Assembly (NCBI GenBank): GCA_021817345.1
Contig: JAKAVC010000134.1
Location: forward strand, 4,311 to 68,310
DNA from: Deltaproteobacteria bacterium
GTDB lineage: Bacteria > Desulfobacterota > Binatia > Binatales > Binataceae
Direction: 5' to 3'
DNA length: 64,000 bases
Shown: positions 1-9,209 of the stretch, piece by piece
Position numbering within the stretch: the stretch's first letter is position 1
Layout of the letters: the number at the start of each line of letters is the position of its first letter
Translations under genes and position numbers: made by a program
Notes under the pieces: generated by a model
Told to the model about the DNA's origin: nothing
Seen by the model: the letters and a program-made list of their open reading frames with translations, nothing else
Database searches by the model: none

Positions 1-99
1 GTACGTGGCCAAGAATCGGCACCGTGTTGCGCCGCTCGACGATTCCCTGGACGAGCGAAAGGCTGTTCAGAAACGCTTCGCGATCGACGACTATTCCCA

Positions 100-331
100 T
101 GGATCTTCAGGTCCTGATTCTTCTTATGTTCTTTCCAATGAAGAAAAAACTTTAGCAGTAACCGTAGGGATTGTGGACGTGTTGACGATTGGCGCAACTC
201 TCCGGAAACAAACGGAAATCAGAGTTGGCAAGGGTGTGGCTTGGCGACCCCTTTAAAACCGCCAGCGCGCCACCTGCCAAAAGCCTGTTGATTGCGATGA
301 ACTTTTCCACAGAATCCCAACAAGGTTGTCG
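100..331. promoter_or_regulatory. AT-rich region immediately downstream of dnaA with DnaA-box-like 9-mers (TGTGGACGT at 173-181, TTTTCCACA at 293-301); candidate oriC / DNA-unwinding element (DUE)
   Basis: GC content falls sharply relative to the flanks. There is an A-run (gaagaaaaaac) and two near-consensus DnaA boxes. The dnaA-dnaN intergenic region is a common oriC location. Confidence 0.35.
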
Positions 332-1726
332 TCAAGCCGCGTTGGCTCTTACCGACTTTAGTTCCCGCTCGATTTTCTCGATAGACATCCTGAACGCGGA
401 GTCATTGCTGACCCGGCGCGCGATCAGATTGTACGCGTGGATTACCGTCGAGTGATCGCGGCCGAAGTTCTCGCCGATAGTCGGAAAGGAACACTGGGTC
501 AGCTTGCGGCACAGGTACATCGCCACCTGCCGGCAGAATGCGATATGTTGAGTGCGCCGCTTCGATTTCAAATCCGCCAGCCGAATATGGAAGAAATCCG
601 CGACGGTGCGCTGGATCGCCTCGATGTCCGGCGTCACTTCGGCGGTATTGCGAATCAGGTCATGAAGCGCCTGCTTTGCGAACTCAAGGGTTATCTCGGA
701 CTTGTTCAACGAAGCCAGCGCCGCGAGCCGCGTCAGGCATCCCTCCAGCTCGCGCACGTTCGACGACACATTCTGCGCGATGTACATCAGAACGTCGGGC
801 GAGAGACGAAGATTCTCCCTGAGCGCCTTCTTCTGCACGATCGCGATCCTGGTCTCCAGGTCGGGTGGCGCGATATCCGCGATAAGCCCCGACTCAAACC
901 GGTTTCGCAGCCGTTCCTCGAGGCCGGGAATATCTTTTGGCACCTTGTCCGAGGTCAGCACGATCTGATGACGCTCGCCGTGCAGCGAGTTGAACGTGTG
1001 GAAGAATTCTTCCTGGGTTCGCTCGCGGCCGGCCAGAAACTGCACGTCGTCAAGGATCAGCGCGTCCACCCGCCGGAACTTTTCCTTGAACTCGCCCATC
1101 CGGTCGCGCCGGAGCGAGTTGATGAGTTCGTTCATGAAAACTTCCGACGGCATGAACAGCACCTTTCGCGCGCGATTTCCGCTCGCCCAGATGTGATGCC
1201 CGATCGCGGTGACGAGATGCGTCTTGCCGAGTCCGACACCGCCGTAGATGAACAGGGGGTTGTATTTTTCACCCGGCTGTCCCGCTACCGCCAGAGCCGC
1301 CGCGTGCGCAAACTGGTTGCCCGAACCGACCACGAATTCCGCGAACGTGTAGCGAGGATTTAGATGCGGATGGCAATCGCGCGAATCGCCGGCGCCGTTG
1401 CGCGCCGTCGGCGCGTTGGAAGCCGGCACCGCGTCCTCAGCCGCCCCATTGCTGTGCGCCGACGGGCGTTTAACCCTGGTCCGGGCTTCCTCGCCTAGCG
1501 TGAGCTTCACGTCGACCGGCTCGCCCGCGACTTCCGTCAGCGAATCCTTGAGCAGGCCCATGTAACGCTCACTCACCCAGTCACGGAAAAAACGGTTGGG
1601 TGCCTCTATTGTTACGGTGCCACTGCTGACACCGACAAAGTTGAGCGGCCCAATCCAGGTCTCAAAACCAATCTGACCCAACTGGTCGCGAATACGACCA
1701 GCGGCTCGTTCCCACAAGCCGTTCAT
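332..1726 (-). CDS. dnaA: chromosomal replication initiator protein DnaA
   Basis: Walker A motif GGVGLGKTHL, AAA+ sensor motifs and the C-terminal DnaA DNA-binding helix (IAFCRQVAMYLCRKLT...FGRDHSTVIHA). ATG at 1726 (MNGLWERAAG) is preceded by GGGAGGGG. The ORF track extends to 1789. Confidence 0.93.
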   Translation of the reverse strand: MNGLWERAAGRIRDQLGQIGFETWIGPLNFVGVSSGTVTIEAPNRFFRDWVSERYMGLLKDSLTEVAGEPVDVKLTLGEEARTRVKRPSAHSNGAAEDAVPASNAPTARNGAGDSRDCHPHLNPRYTFAEFVVGSGNQFAHAAALAVAGQPGEKYNPLFIYGGVGLGKTHLVTAIGHHIWASGNRARKVLFMPSEVFMNELINSLRRDRMGEFKEKFRRVDALILDDVQFLAGRERTQEEFFHTFNSLHGERHQIVLTSDKVPKDIPGLEERLRNRFESGLIADIAPPDLETRIAIVQKKALRENLRLSPDVLMYIAQNVSSNVRELEGCLTRLAALASLNKSEITLEFAKQALHDLIRNTAEVTPDIEAIQRTVADFFHIRLADLKSKRRTQHIAFCRQVAMYLCRKLTQCSFPTIGENFGRDHSTVIHAYNLIARRVSNDSAFRMSIEKIERELKSVRANAA

Positions 1727-1801
1727 CTGGTAATCCCCTCCCGAATGCCGGACTGGTCCCCGATTGCCAGGATCAGAAAACGGCCCCAATTACTCACAGG
1801 C

Positions 1802-1880
1802 TTGTCCACAGATGTGGATAAGCGACTTTTTCGTTGCCAGAATCGGTAGTTGCGATATCGCAAGCGGGCAGCTATCCACT
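1802..1880. promoter_or_regulatory. DnaA boxes upstream of dnaA: TTGTCCACA (1802-1810), perfect TGTGGATAA (1813-1821) and CTATCCACT (1872-1880). Autoregulatory site and/or part of oriC.
   Basis: Direct match to the TTATCCACA consensus and its reverse complement, 62-140 bp upstream of the dnaA start. Confidence 0.6.
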
Positions 1881-2265
1881 CGGAGCTTCCCTCCATGGTC
1901 GTTGAGCGAGAAAAATTTCAGGATACTCGGCGCCGGTAAAATCGCGGCTTTCAAAGCCATCGAAAATGCTCCGCAGACCTTCCACGCAACGCGTTATCAG
2001 CGGCGAGACAAACTCTGCGGCCAAGGGAAGGTGATAAACTCTTTGCAAGTTCGTCTCAAGGGAGCGCAGTCTGATTTCATTCAAGTTCGCGAAATCGCTA
2101 AGGAAATCCGATCCGGATCTCGCGCGCTCCACCCGCTGACCGATCGCGATTTTTTACCATCGCGTTACGCGATCGTTCTCGTTGGCTCTGGAAGCCATCG
2201 CGCGCGATCGCGGGCGCCCGCGAATTTCCCGTGATCGCGTCGCGGTTTGACTGCGATCGGTTACG

Positions 2266-3582
2266 ATGTTAGCGACGGCAGTCCATAGGCAAGCCATGCT
2301 CAGCAACGACAAATCGCTCCAGCTCTCAAAACGCGCGTTGCGAAAAATTCCCGGCGGCGTTAACTCGCCCGTGCGCGCATGGTCGGCGGTCGGCGGCACT
2401 CCCATCTTCGTCGATTCCGCCTTCGGCGCGCGCCTCGTCGACGCCGATGGAAACGCTTTCATCGACTATGTCGGCTCCTACGGACCGGCGATCCTCGGCC
2501 ATGCCCATCCACAGGTCGTTGCGGCGATCGCCGAGCAGGCGCGGAAAGGCCTTGGTTACGGCGCGACCACCGAACTCGAAATCCAGCTTGCCGAGAAGCT
2601 CGGCGCCGCGATTGCCTCGGCCGAGAAGGTGCGCCTGGTGAGCTCCGGCACCGAGGCGGCGATGACCGCTATTCGGATCGCGCGCGCCGCCACCGGACGT
2701 TCCGCCATCATAAAATTCGATGGCTGCTACCATGGTCATAGCGACGGTCTGTTGGTTCGGGCCGGTTCGGGCGGCATGACGCTGGCGATCCCGAACAGCG
2801 CGGGTGTTCCGCAACCCCTTGCCGCGATGACCAGTGTCGCGAGATTCAATTCCCTTGAAAGCGTCGAGGGATGTTTCGAGGCCAATCCTGGAAGCGTCGC
2901 CGCGGTAATCATCGAGCCGGTCGCAGCGAACATGGGCGTGGTCGTCCCGATGCCGGGTTTTCTGAAGGAGCTTGCCGCGACCGCGCGCCGTCATGGCGCG
3001 ATGCTTATTTGCGACGAAGTAATAACCGGGTTTCGGCTTTGCTACGGCTCGATCGCGGAAAGCTACGGAATCACTCCCGACCTCCTCGTATTGGGCAAAG
3101 TGATCGGAGGCGGGATGCCGATAGGGGCCGTCGCGGGACGCGCGGATCTTCTCGACCTGCTCGCTCCGGCAGGACCGGTTTATCAGGCTGGAACACTGTC
3201 CGGCAGTCCGCTTTCCGTGCGTGCCGGATTGGAAACATTATCTCTGCTTTCGCAGCCCGGGACCTACGAGCGCCTGGAGGCGATGGGCGCGCGTCTGGCG
3301 CATGGGCTTACCGATGCGCTGGTGCGCTCAGACAAATCCGGATGTGTGAACCGGGTCGGCTCGCTGGTGACGCTGTTCCTCGGCGTAAACAATGTTTCCG
3401 ATGCCGACGACGCGCGCCGTGGCGACAGTGAGGCCTTCGCCGCCTACTTCCATCAAATGCTCCAGCGTGGAATATATCTTCCACCGTCGCAGTTCGAGGC
3501 CATGTTCGTATCGCTAGCGCACTCGGAGGCGGATATCGACCAGACCGTCGAGGCGGCGCGTGAGGCGCTCGCCGCAGCCTGA
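2266..3582 (+). CDS. hemL: glutamate-1-semialdehyde 2,1-aminomutase
   Basis: IPGGVNSPVRAW N-terminal motif and class-III aminotransferase fold across 438 aa. Alternative start at M11 (2296). Confidence 0.9.
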   Translation: MLATAVHRQAMLSNDKSLQLSKRALRKIPGGVNSPVRAWSAVGGTPIFVDSAFGARLVDADGNAFIDYVGSYGPAILGHAHPQVVAAIAEQARKGLGYGATTELEIQLAEKLGAAIASAEKVRLVSSGTEAAMTAIRIARAATGRSAIIKFDGCYHGHSDGLLVRAGSGGMTLAIPNSAGVPQPLAAMTSVARFNSLESVEGCFEANPGSVAAVIIEPVAANMGVVVPMPGFLKELAATARRHGAMLICDEVITGFRLCYGSIAESYGITPDLLVLGKVIGGGMPIGAVAGRADLLDLLAPAGPVYQAGTLSGSPLSVRAGLETLSLLSQPGTYERLEAMGARLAHGLTDALVRSDKSGCVNRVGSLVTLFLGVNNVSDADDARRGDSEAFAAYFHQMLQRGIYLPPSQFEAMFVSLAHSEADIDQTVEAAREALAAA

Positions 3583-3605
3583 AGGCTGAAGGAGATTCGG
3601 TCGCG

Positions 3606-3815
3606 ATGGGGTCGCAACGCGGCACCTGGGCTCGCTGGTTGGCCGTCGCGGTGGACATGGCGATGATGCCGGCGGCAGGCGCGCTGCTCGGTCATTACGT
3701 CGACCAGCACTTCGGCACCGACCCGATCCTCACCCTGACCTTTTGCCTTCTCGGAGTGGTCGCCGGATTCGTCGAGTTGATACGAACCGCCAAGGACATG
3801 CAGCAAGACTCGTAG
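3606..3815 (+). CDS. AtpZ/AtpI-like small membrane protein preceding F0 genes (putative F0F1-ATPase accessory subunit)
   Basis: 69 aa with two transmembrane helices, directly upstream of the atpI-like/atpB/atpE genes. The sequence (WLAVAVDMAMMPAAGALLGHYVDQHFGT) resembles the ATPase_gene1 family. Confidence 0.5.
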   Translation: MGSQRGTWARWLAVAVDMAMMPAAGALLGHYVDQHFGTDPILTLTFCLLGVVAGFVELIRTAKDMQQDS

Positions 3816-4220
3816 ATGACTCTCTCGTTCGGAATCCCGAGTATTGGCGCGATCCAGCGCACCAATGCCGTTGTGGCCGCCGCGTCGGCCGCCGTCCTTG
3901 CGGCTGCCGGAATGCGCGATATTGCGTTCGGATGCGTTCTGGGCGGCGCGATCGTAATCCTGAATCTCTATCTGCTGACGATCCTTGGCAGGATGCTTAT
4001 CGCGGCGGCCGGTGCGAGCGGCGGTTCCCACTCAAGAGCCGGCGTCCTGGTGCTCCCGCTCAAGCTTCTGATTTACGCGGGGCTGATCTACCTGGCGCTG
4101 CGTTGGGCGAAGGTCGAGCCGGCGCGTTTCGGGATCGGCTTCGGACTGGGCGTATTGACTCAGTTCCTTGCGATAGTTATTGAGACGGGTCGAGCTTCGC
4201 TCCGCGGCGCCGTCAATTAA
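3816..4220 (+). CDS. ATP synthase protein I-like membrane protein
   Basis: 134 aa hydrophobic protein. Its start codon abuts the previous stop and it lies immediately upstream of atpB. Confidence 0.45.
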   Translation: MTLSFGIPSIGAIQRTNAVVAAASAAVLAAAGMRDIAFGCVLGGAIVILNLYLLTILGRMLIAAAGASGGSHSRAGVLVLPLKLLIYAGLIYLALRWAKVEPARFGIGFGLGVLTQFLAIVIETGRASLRGAVN

Positions 4221-4244
4221 GGCGCCCGTCTTCCGGAGGACGGT

Positions 4245-4937
4245 TTGCAGGCGAACATTAATTTCCTCGAGATGATCGGGGACGGAAAAATCCCCGAGGT
4301 CTTGGTCGGCACGTGGCTCGTGATGGGCATCCTGCTCGTGTTCGGCTTTTTTGCCGGGCGCGCCCTGAAGCGGGCCGGTGAAAACGTTGTTCCGCAGGAG
4401 AAGATTGGCGCGGGCTCGCTCGCCGAGGTTTTCGTCGAATGGATGGACGGTTTTACCAACGACGTCGTGCAGTTGCACGAATACCGCAAGCTGGTGCCGT
4501 TCTTCGGAAGCCTGTTCGTTTTCATCCTGGCGGCGAACTTCCTCGGCCTGATACCGGGGATGGAACCGCCCACGGCCGACTCTGATCTGACCTTCGCGCT
4601 GGGTACGATCAGCTTTTTTTATTTTCTGTTCTGGGGTTTTCGAAAGAACGGATTCGGTTATCTGGCGAGTTTTCTCGGGCCCCTGCCGCTGCTCGCGCCC
4701 CTGATGCTGCCGATCGAGATTGCGGACAATGTCTTCCGGCCGTTCTCGCTCGGGCTTCGTCTTTTCGCGAACATGTTCGCCGACCATCAGGTGCTGAGCA
4801 TCTTCACCGGGCTCACGAAACTGATAGTACCGCTTCTTTTCTATGCGCTCGGAACCATCGTCTGCATAATCCAGGCGATCATTTTCGTGGTGCTCTCGAT
4901 GGCTTACGTGCGGCTCGCGGCGAGCCACGAGCACTAG
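4245..4937 (+). CDS. atpB: F0F1 ATP synthase subunit a
   Basis: Polytopic membrane protein with the conserved LRLFANMFADHQV region (Arg of the a-subunit stator). Confidence 0.85.
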   Translation: MQANINFLEMIGDGKIPEVLVGTWLVMGILLVFGFFAGRALKRAGENVVPQEKIGAGSLAEVFVEWMDGFTNDVVQLHEYRKLVPFFGSLFVFILAANFLGLIPGMEPPTADSDLTFALGTISFFYFLFWGFRKNGFGYLASFLGPLPLLAPLMLPIEIADNVFRPFSLGLRLFANMFADHQVLSIFTGLTKLIVPLLFYALGTIVCIIQAIIFVVLSMAYVRLAASHEH

Positions 4938-5261
4938 CAGGATGTCCCGCAGATAAGTTGTTGAGATGTCGCTCGGTGGGATGAGATTCTTCGCTTCGCT
5001 CAGAATGACAGGTGCGCAGGCTGTTGTGGGTCATTCTGAGCGAAGGCTGCCGAAGCGAAGAATCTCATGCCACTGGCGTCCGCTATAAAATTATTAATGG
5101 GACGCCACACCAGGCCATCGGAGAGTCGATCGAGCCGGGTATTTAACCAGGTTATATTCGCGCGCAAGCCAATCTTCGCCGAGGCGCCGGCGGTGAAAGA
5201 GGATAGAGGCGAGGGCTTGGGCTGGATTAGGACGCGCGCGGGAAAACGAGGAGGAACTTCA

Positions 5262-5606
5262 ATGATTCGTCGTCTTTCAACCATCCTGAGCGCGGCTACC
5301 GCGCTCGTGCTCGCCTCGCCCCTGCTTGCGATGGCGCAGGAGGCGGCCGGCGCCGCCGCAGCGGGCCATCCGAGCGCGCTGCGCGCCGGGCTTATCGCGC
5401 TTGCGGCCAATATCGGCATCGGTGTGGCGGCTGCGGGATGCGGTCTTGGCCAGGGCAAGCTCGGCGCTTCGGCGATGGAGTCGATCGGGCGCAACCCGAA
5501 CAGCGCGGGCCGTATCTTCGTTCCGATGATCGTCGGGCTTGCGTTTATCGAAGCGCTGACCCTGTACAGCCTTGTCATGGCTTTCGTTCTTCAGGCCAAG
5601 ATGTAA
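5262..5606 (+). CDS. atpE: F0F1 ATP synthase subunit c
   Basis: Proteolipid hairpin (GIGVAAAGCGLGQGK...IVGLAFIEALTLYSLV). ATG at 5262 follows GAGGAGGAAC. The ORF track extends upstream to 5067. Confidence 0.85.
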   Translation: MIRRLSTILSAATALVLASPLLAMAQEAAGAAAAGHPSALRAGLIALAANIGIGVAAAGCGLGQGKLGASAMESIGRNPNSAGRIFVPMIVGLAFIEALTLYSLVMAFVLQAKM

Positions 5607-5635
5607 GCATCCGATTTTGAAACCGCCTTCAATGG

Positions 5636-5680
5636 CAAACGGGGCTTCGATTGCGAAGCCCCGTTTTTTCTTTTGCCGCG
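5636..5680 (+). terminator. rho-independent terminator after atpE
   Basis: Hairpin AAACGGGGCTTCGattgCGAAGCCCCGTTT followed by TTTTTCTTTT. Confidence 0.8.
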
Positions 5681-5721
5681 TTGCGGAAACGCCACATCCC
5701 AAGCAGCGCCGCGAGCAGCGG

Positions 5722-6507
5722 TCATTCGTAACGTTTCGTTCCCTTGAGAACGTCGAATGCGCCACGCTTGCGGTCGCGTCTGAGCAGGACGTACATCGCG
5801 CCCATGCCGCCGTCGGAGGGACGCGCGGTGGTGAAGGCGAGCACGTGTCCGCCGATCGTGCCGTGTGAGAGCCAATGCGCCGTCGCATGTTTGAGCACCG
5901 GATGGCCGCCCGGAGATCGCAGCCCGCGCCCGTGAACCACAAGCACTGAACGCAGCCCGCTTCTCACACTTTCCACGATAAATGAGCTGAGCGCCTCGCG
6001 CGCGGCCGCCTGAGTCATCCCATGAAGGTCAAGATGAGCCTGCGTTGCAAATTCGCCGCGTCTTAGCCTGGTCACCAGTCGGGGATCGATTCCGACGCGC
6101 GCGCCTTCGACGTATTCGTCGGTCTCCGTGAGGTCGAACCCTCCGTGGCCCGAAACCAGATCGTAGAGCGCCGCAAGGACCTCCGAGTCCTCGCTGACCA
6201 CCGCGCGCCCCACTTCGGGTTTGACCGGCACGCGACCGCCGCCTTCGAGCGGTCTAACCCCGCGATAGGCTTCGAGCAGCGCGGCCTCGTCGTCGAGCGG
6301 AGTTTGGACGGGAGTTGCGGCGGGCCGGTCGTCACGCGGGGGAAGTTTCGCCGTTATTTCGACTTTCGGCTCGGGAGGGTTCAGGCTGGCGCGCTCGGCG
6401 AGCATCTTTTTCAGGTCCTTGAACGGCGATGAAAAAGCGCCTTTGGGCTCGGCGGCGGACTGCCGCTTTCCGCGCGTGATGCCGGCGTTCTTCTTTTTCC
6501 TGCGCAT
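5722..6507 (-). CDS. Smr domain-containing protein (MutS2-related small endonuclease)
   Basis: C-terminal Smr domain (LDLHGMTQAAAREALSSFI...VLVVHGRG). Confidence 0.75.
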   Translation of the reverse strand: MRRKKKNAGITRGKRQSAAEPKGAFSSPFKDLKKMLAERASLNPPEPKVEITAKLPPRDDRPAATPVQTPLDDEAALLEAYRGVRPLEGGGRVPVKPEVGRAVVSEDSEVLAALYDLVSGHGGFDLTETDEYVEGARVGIDPRLVTRLRRGEFATQAHLDLHGMTQAAAREALSSFIVESVRSGLRSVLVVHGRGLRSPGGHPVLKHATAHWLSHGTIGGHVLAFTTARPSDGGMGAMYVLLRRDRKRGAFDVLKGTKRYE

Positions 6508-6643
6508 GTGAAAGAACCCTGTAACCGCGATAGCGTGAGCGCGGCATTATTGTAGCTGAAACCATGTGCGATTAGCTCTGTTCTCGGTTATACTGCACAG
6601 ATAATTCCTGCCGAGAGCGCAGCCGCTCCCCCCGGGTCTCATC

Positions 6644-9175
6644 ATGCGCAAAGTTCTACTGATCGTCGGCGTACTGCTCTTGGTCCTGATACTGGCCATT
6701 GGCGGATTGCTGTTTTACGCCGCGACCAACCTGAACTCGATTATCGCGCAGAACCGCGACTACCTGCTCGGCAAGGTCAGCGATTCGCTCGGGCGCAAGG
6801 TCGAGGTTGCCACGATCAAGGTGAAGCTCGGATGGGGTGTCGCGGCCGACTTGAAGGACGTCACGATCGCCGACGACCCCGCGATCTCAACGCAGCCCTT
6901 TGTAAAGGCGCGTGACGTTTACGCAGACGTCGAATTTCTGCCGCTGCTCTCGAAAGCGCTTCACATCAGCAAGGTTGTACTCGCGCAGCCGCAGGTCCGA
7001 ATCATCCGGACCGCCTCGGGCGAGCTTAATATCTCGACGATCGGCAAGCATGATAACCCGGCCGGGCCGGGCACTCCCGCCGCTTCTCCAGGCAATGCGG
7101 CGAAACCCCGGCGGAAACCGGTGAAACCGCTCCAGGGCGCGCCGGTTACCGCGGCAAAACCACCGGCTTCGTCAGCGGCTTCCTCGCTCGTAACCGGCAT
7201 CTACGTGAGAAGCTTCGAGATCGACAACGGCCGGATCACATACGAGGACCAATCAACCCGTCAGCCGCCGCTCACGATAAATGACGTCGATCTGACGATG
7301 ACCGATTTTGCCTTCCGGCGTCCGTTCCACCTTCGGCTCGGGCTTGCGGCTTTCGGCCAGAAACAGAACCTGAGCCTTCGGGCTATCGTGGGACCGCTCG
7401 GCGAGGGCAAGATCGATTTCGCCAACGTCCCGCTTCAGCTCATAGGAAAGGTGGGGCCGCTGCTGCTTTCCGACCTGAAGGGTATCGGACCGATTGGCCA
7501 GAAGATTCCCGCCAAGCTCGCGCTCTCCGGGCCGGTCACACTCGATTTGAGCGCGAAAGGGTCGCTTAATGCACTCGGCTTCAGCGCCGGAAGCGATCTC
7601 GGGGCGAATCAGCTCGGATGGGGCGATGTCTTCAAGAAGCCTGCCGGCGTTCCGTTCGCGGTTGCGCTCGACGGCTCGCGCCAGGCGGGAAAGCTTGCGA
7701 TTTCGCAAGCGACGATTAAGCTCGGCTCACTCGACGCCAAGGCGACCCGCGTTCAACTCGGCCAGGGCGGCGCGATGAGCGCGCGGATCGACACGAATCG
7801 CTTCGCGCTCGCCCCGCTTGCGAAAATGGTTCCGGCGCTCGATAAATACGGACCAGCCGGCGACGCCCAGATCCATGCCGACGTGGCGATGGCCGCGGGA
7901 AAGCCGTCTGGCAAAGGCACCGTCACGCTGGCGAACGTCTCGGTGACCCGTTTGGGCGATAGCAAGCCGATGGTGAGCGGGCTTTCCGGCGATATTCGGC
8001 TCAACGGCAACGCGGCCGACGTTGGACCGCTCACATTCTCGCTTGGTTCCACCCGCGCGACCGCTACGGTCCACGCGAACTCGTTACAGCCGCTTAACGC
8101 CGCCTACAGTCTCAGCGCAGATTCAGTTCATCTGGCGGACCTGGTTCCCAAGCGCCCCACCGACGAGCACCTGAACAAGCTCTCGGTCGCGGGTACGGTC
8201 GCGTCGGCGAGCGGCGGCGCGTATTCCGTCACCGCCAAGGTGACATCCAGCGATGGTCTGGTGCAGAACGTCGCCTACCAGTCGCTCGACGTCACCGCCG
8301 CGATGGTGAACAAGACACTCGACTTGAAGTCGCTCAAGCTCGGCGTCTTCGGAGGCCGGATTGCCGCAAGCGGCCAGGCAACCCTGGCTTCCAAGCCGAG
8401 TTTCAACCTGACGATGAACGCCGACTCGGTGAACCTGCAGAAGCTGCTTGAATCGCGGAAGTCCAAGGCTGCCGGCATGGTGCGGGGAATCCTGACCGCG
8501 CAGGCCAAGGTCTCAGGCGCTGGTTCGAGTTTCAACGAGATCAAACCCACGCTTGACGGCTCGGGTGCCGCACACGTCAAGGACGGGAAGCTGATCGGCG
8601 TGAACGTGGCGGCCGACGCGCTCGGGAAGGTCCAGAACCTGCCGGCGATCGGCGCTCTGATTCCCGCTTCGATCGTCCAGCGCCATCCCGAACTGTTCAA
8701 GAATCCTAACACCGACATCCAGGACATGAGCCTGACATTCACGCTCGAGGGACCGCGAATCACCACGCACGACCTGCTCGTAAAGACGCAGGATTACTCG
8801 CTCAAGGGCGACGGATGGTTCGATCTGGACAAGAACGTCAATCTCCTAGCGCATATCCTTCTGAGCAAGCCATTCAGCAACGAGATAATCGCGGCAAAGA
8901 AGAACGTCGCCTACCTGGCGAACAATCAGGGCGAGATCGATGTACCGCTCCAGATAACCGGGGCGCTGCCCAAGCCGACGGTGCTTCCGGATGTCACGGA
9001 ACTGGCTCAGCGCGCCGGGAAGCGAGCGGTCGAGCAGAAGGGAACCCAGGCGGTCGAGAAATTCCTCGGCAAGAAAGGACTGGGTGGCATCCTGGGCGGT
9101 CCGTCGGGCGGTGCTGCGACTCCCGGCGCGAGTCCGACGCCAAATCCGGTTGAGCAGTTCCGAAAACTATTCTGA
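6644..9175 (+). CDS. AsmA family outer-membrane biogenesis protein
   Basis: N-terminal signal anchor, 843 aa, AsmA-like repeat organisation. Confidence 0.7.
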   Translation: MRKVLLIVGVLLLVLILAIGGLLFYAATNLNSIIAQNRDYLLGKVSDSLGRKVEVATIKVKLGWGVAADLKDVTIADDPAISTQPFVKARDVYADVEFLPLLSKALHISKVVLAQPQVRIIRTASGELNISTIGKHDNPAGPGTPAASPGNAAKPRRKPVKPLQGAPVTAAKPPASSAASSLVTGIYVRSFEIDNGRITYEDQSTRQPPLTINDVDLTMTDFAFRRPFHLRLGLAAFGQKQNLSLRAIVGPLGEGKIDFANVPLQLIGKVGPLLLSDLKGIGPIGQKIPAKLALSGPVTLDLSAKGSLNALGFSAGSDLGANQLGWGDVFKKPAGVPFAVALDGSRQAGKLAISQATIKLGSLDAKATRVQLGQGGAMSARIDTNRFALAPLAKMVPALDKYGPAGDAQIHADVAMAAGKPSGKGTVTLANVSVTRLGDSKPMVSGLSGDIRLNGNAADVGPLTFSLGSTRATATVHANSLQPLNAAYSLSADSVHLADLVPKRPTDEHLNKLSVAGTVASASGGAYSVTAKVTSSDGLVQNVAYQSLDVTAAMVNKTLDLKSLKLGVFGGRIAASGQATLASKPSFNLTMNADSVNLQKLLESRKSKAAGMVRGILTAQAKVSGAGSSFNEIKPTLDGSGAAHVKDGKLIGVNVAADALGKVQNLPAIGALIPASIVQRHPELFKNPNTDIQDMSLTFTLEGPRITTHDLLVKTQDYSLKGDGWFDLDKNVNLLAHILLSKPFSNEIIAAKKNVAYLANNQGEIDVPLQITGALPKPTVLPDVTELAQRAGKRAVEQKGTQAVEKFLGKKGLGGILGGPSGGAATPGASPTPNPVEQFRKLF

Positions 9176-9209
9176 GACCCGCCTGCGGGTGCTGAGAATC
9201 CCTCGCGCG

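Noticed and set aside
5-256. 83-aa plus-strand ORF at the window start
   Set aside because: It lies in the AT-rich region downstream of dnaA, has no recognisable domain and has atypical composition. It is more likely non-coding oriC/DUE sequence.
437-1363. 308-aa antisense ORF inside dnaA, plus several shorter ones at 538-1196
   Set aside because: They are fully embedded in the strongly supported dnaA gene on the opposite strand. Long antisense ORFs are a typical artefact of high-GC DNA.
1764-2234. 156-aa ORF and cluster of seven GATC/CGATCG sites between dnaA and hemL
   Set aside because: The ORF spans the DnaA-box region and has no domain. CGATCG palindromes are generally frequent in GC-rich genomes, so the GATC cluster alone does not indicate Dam-type origin sequestration.
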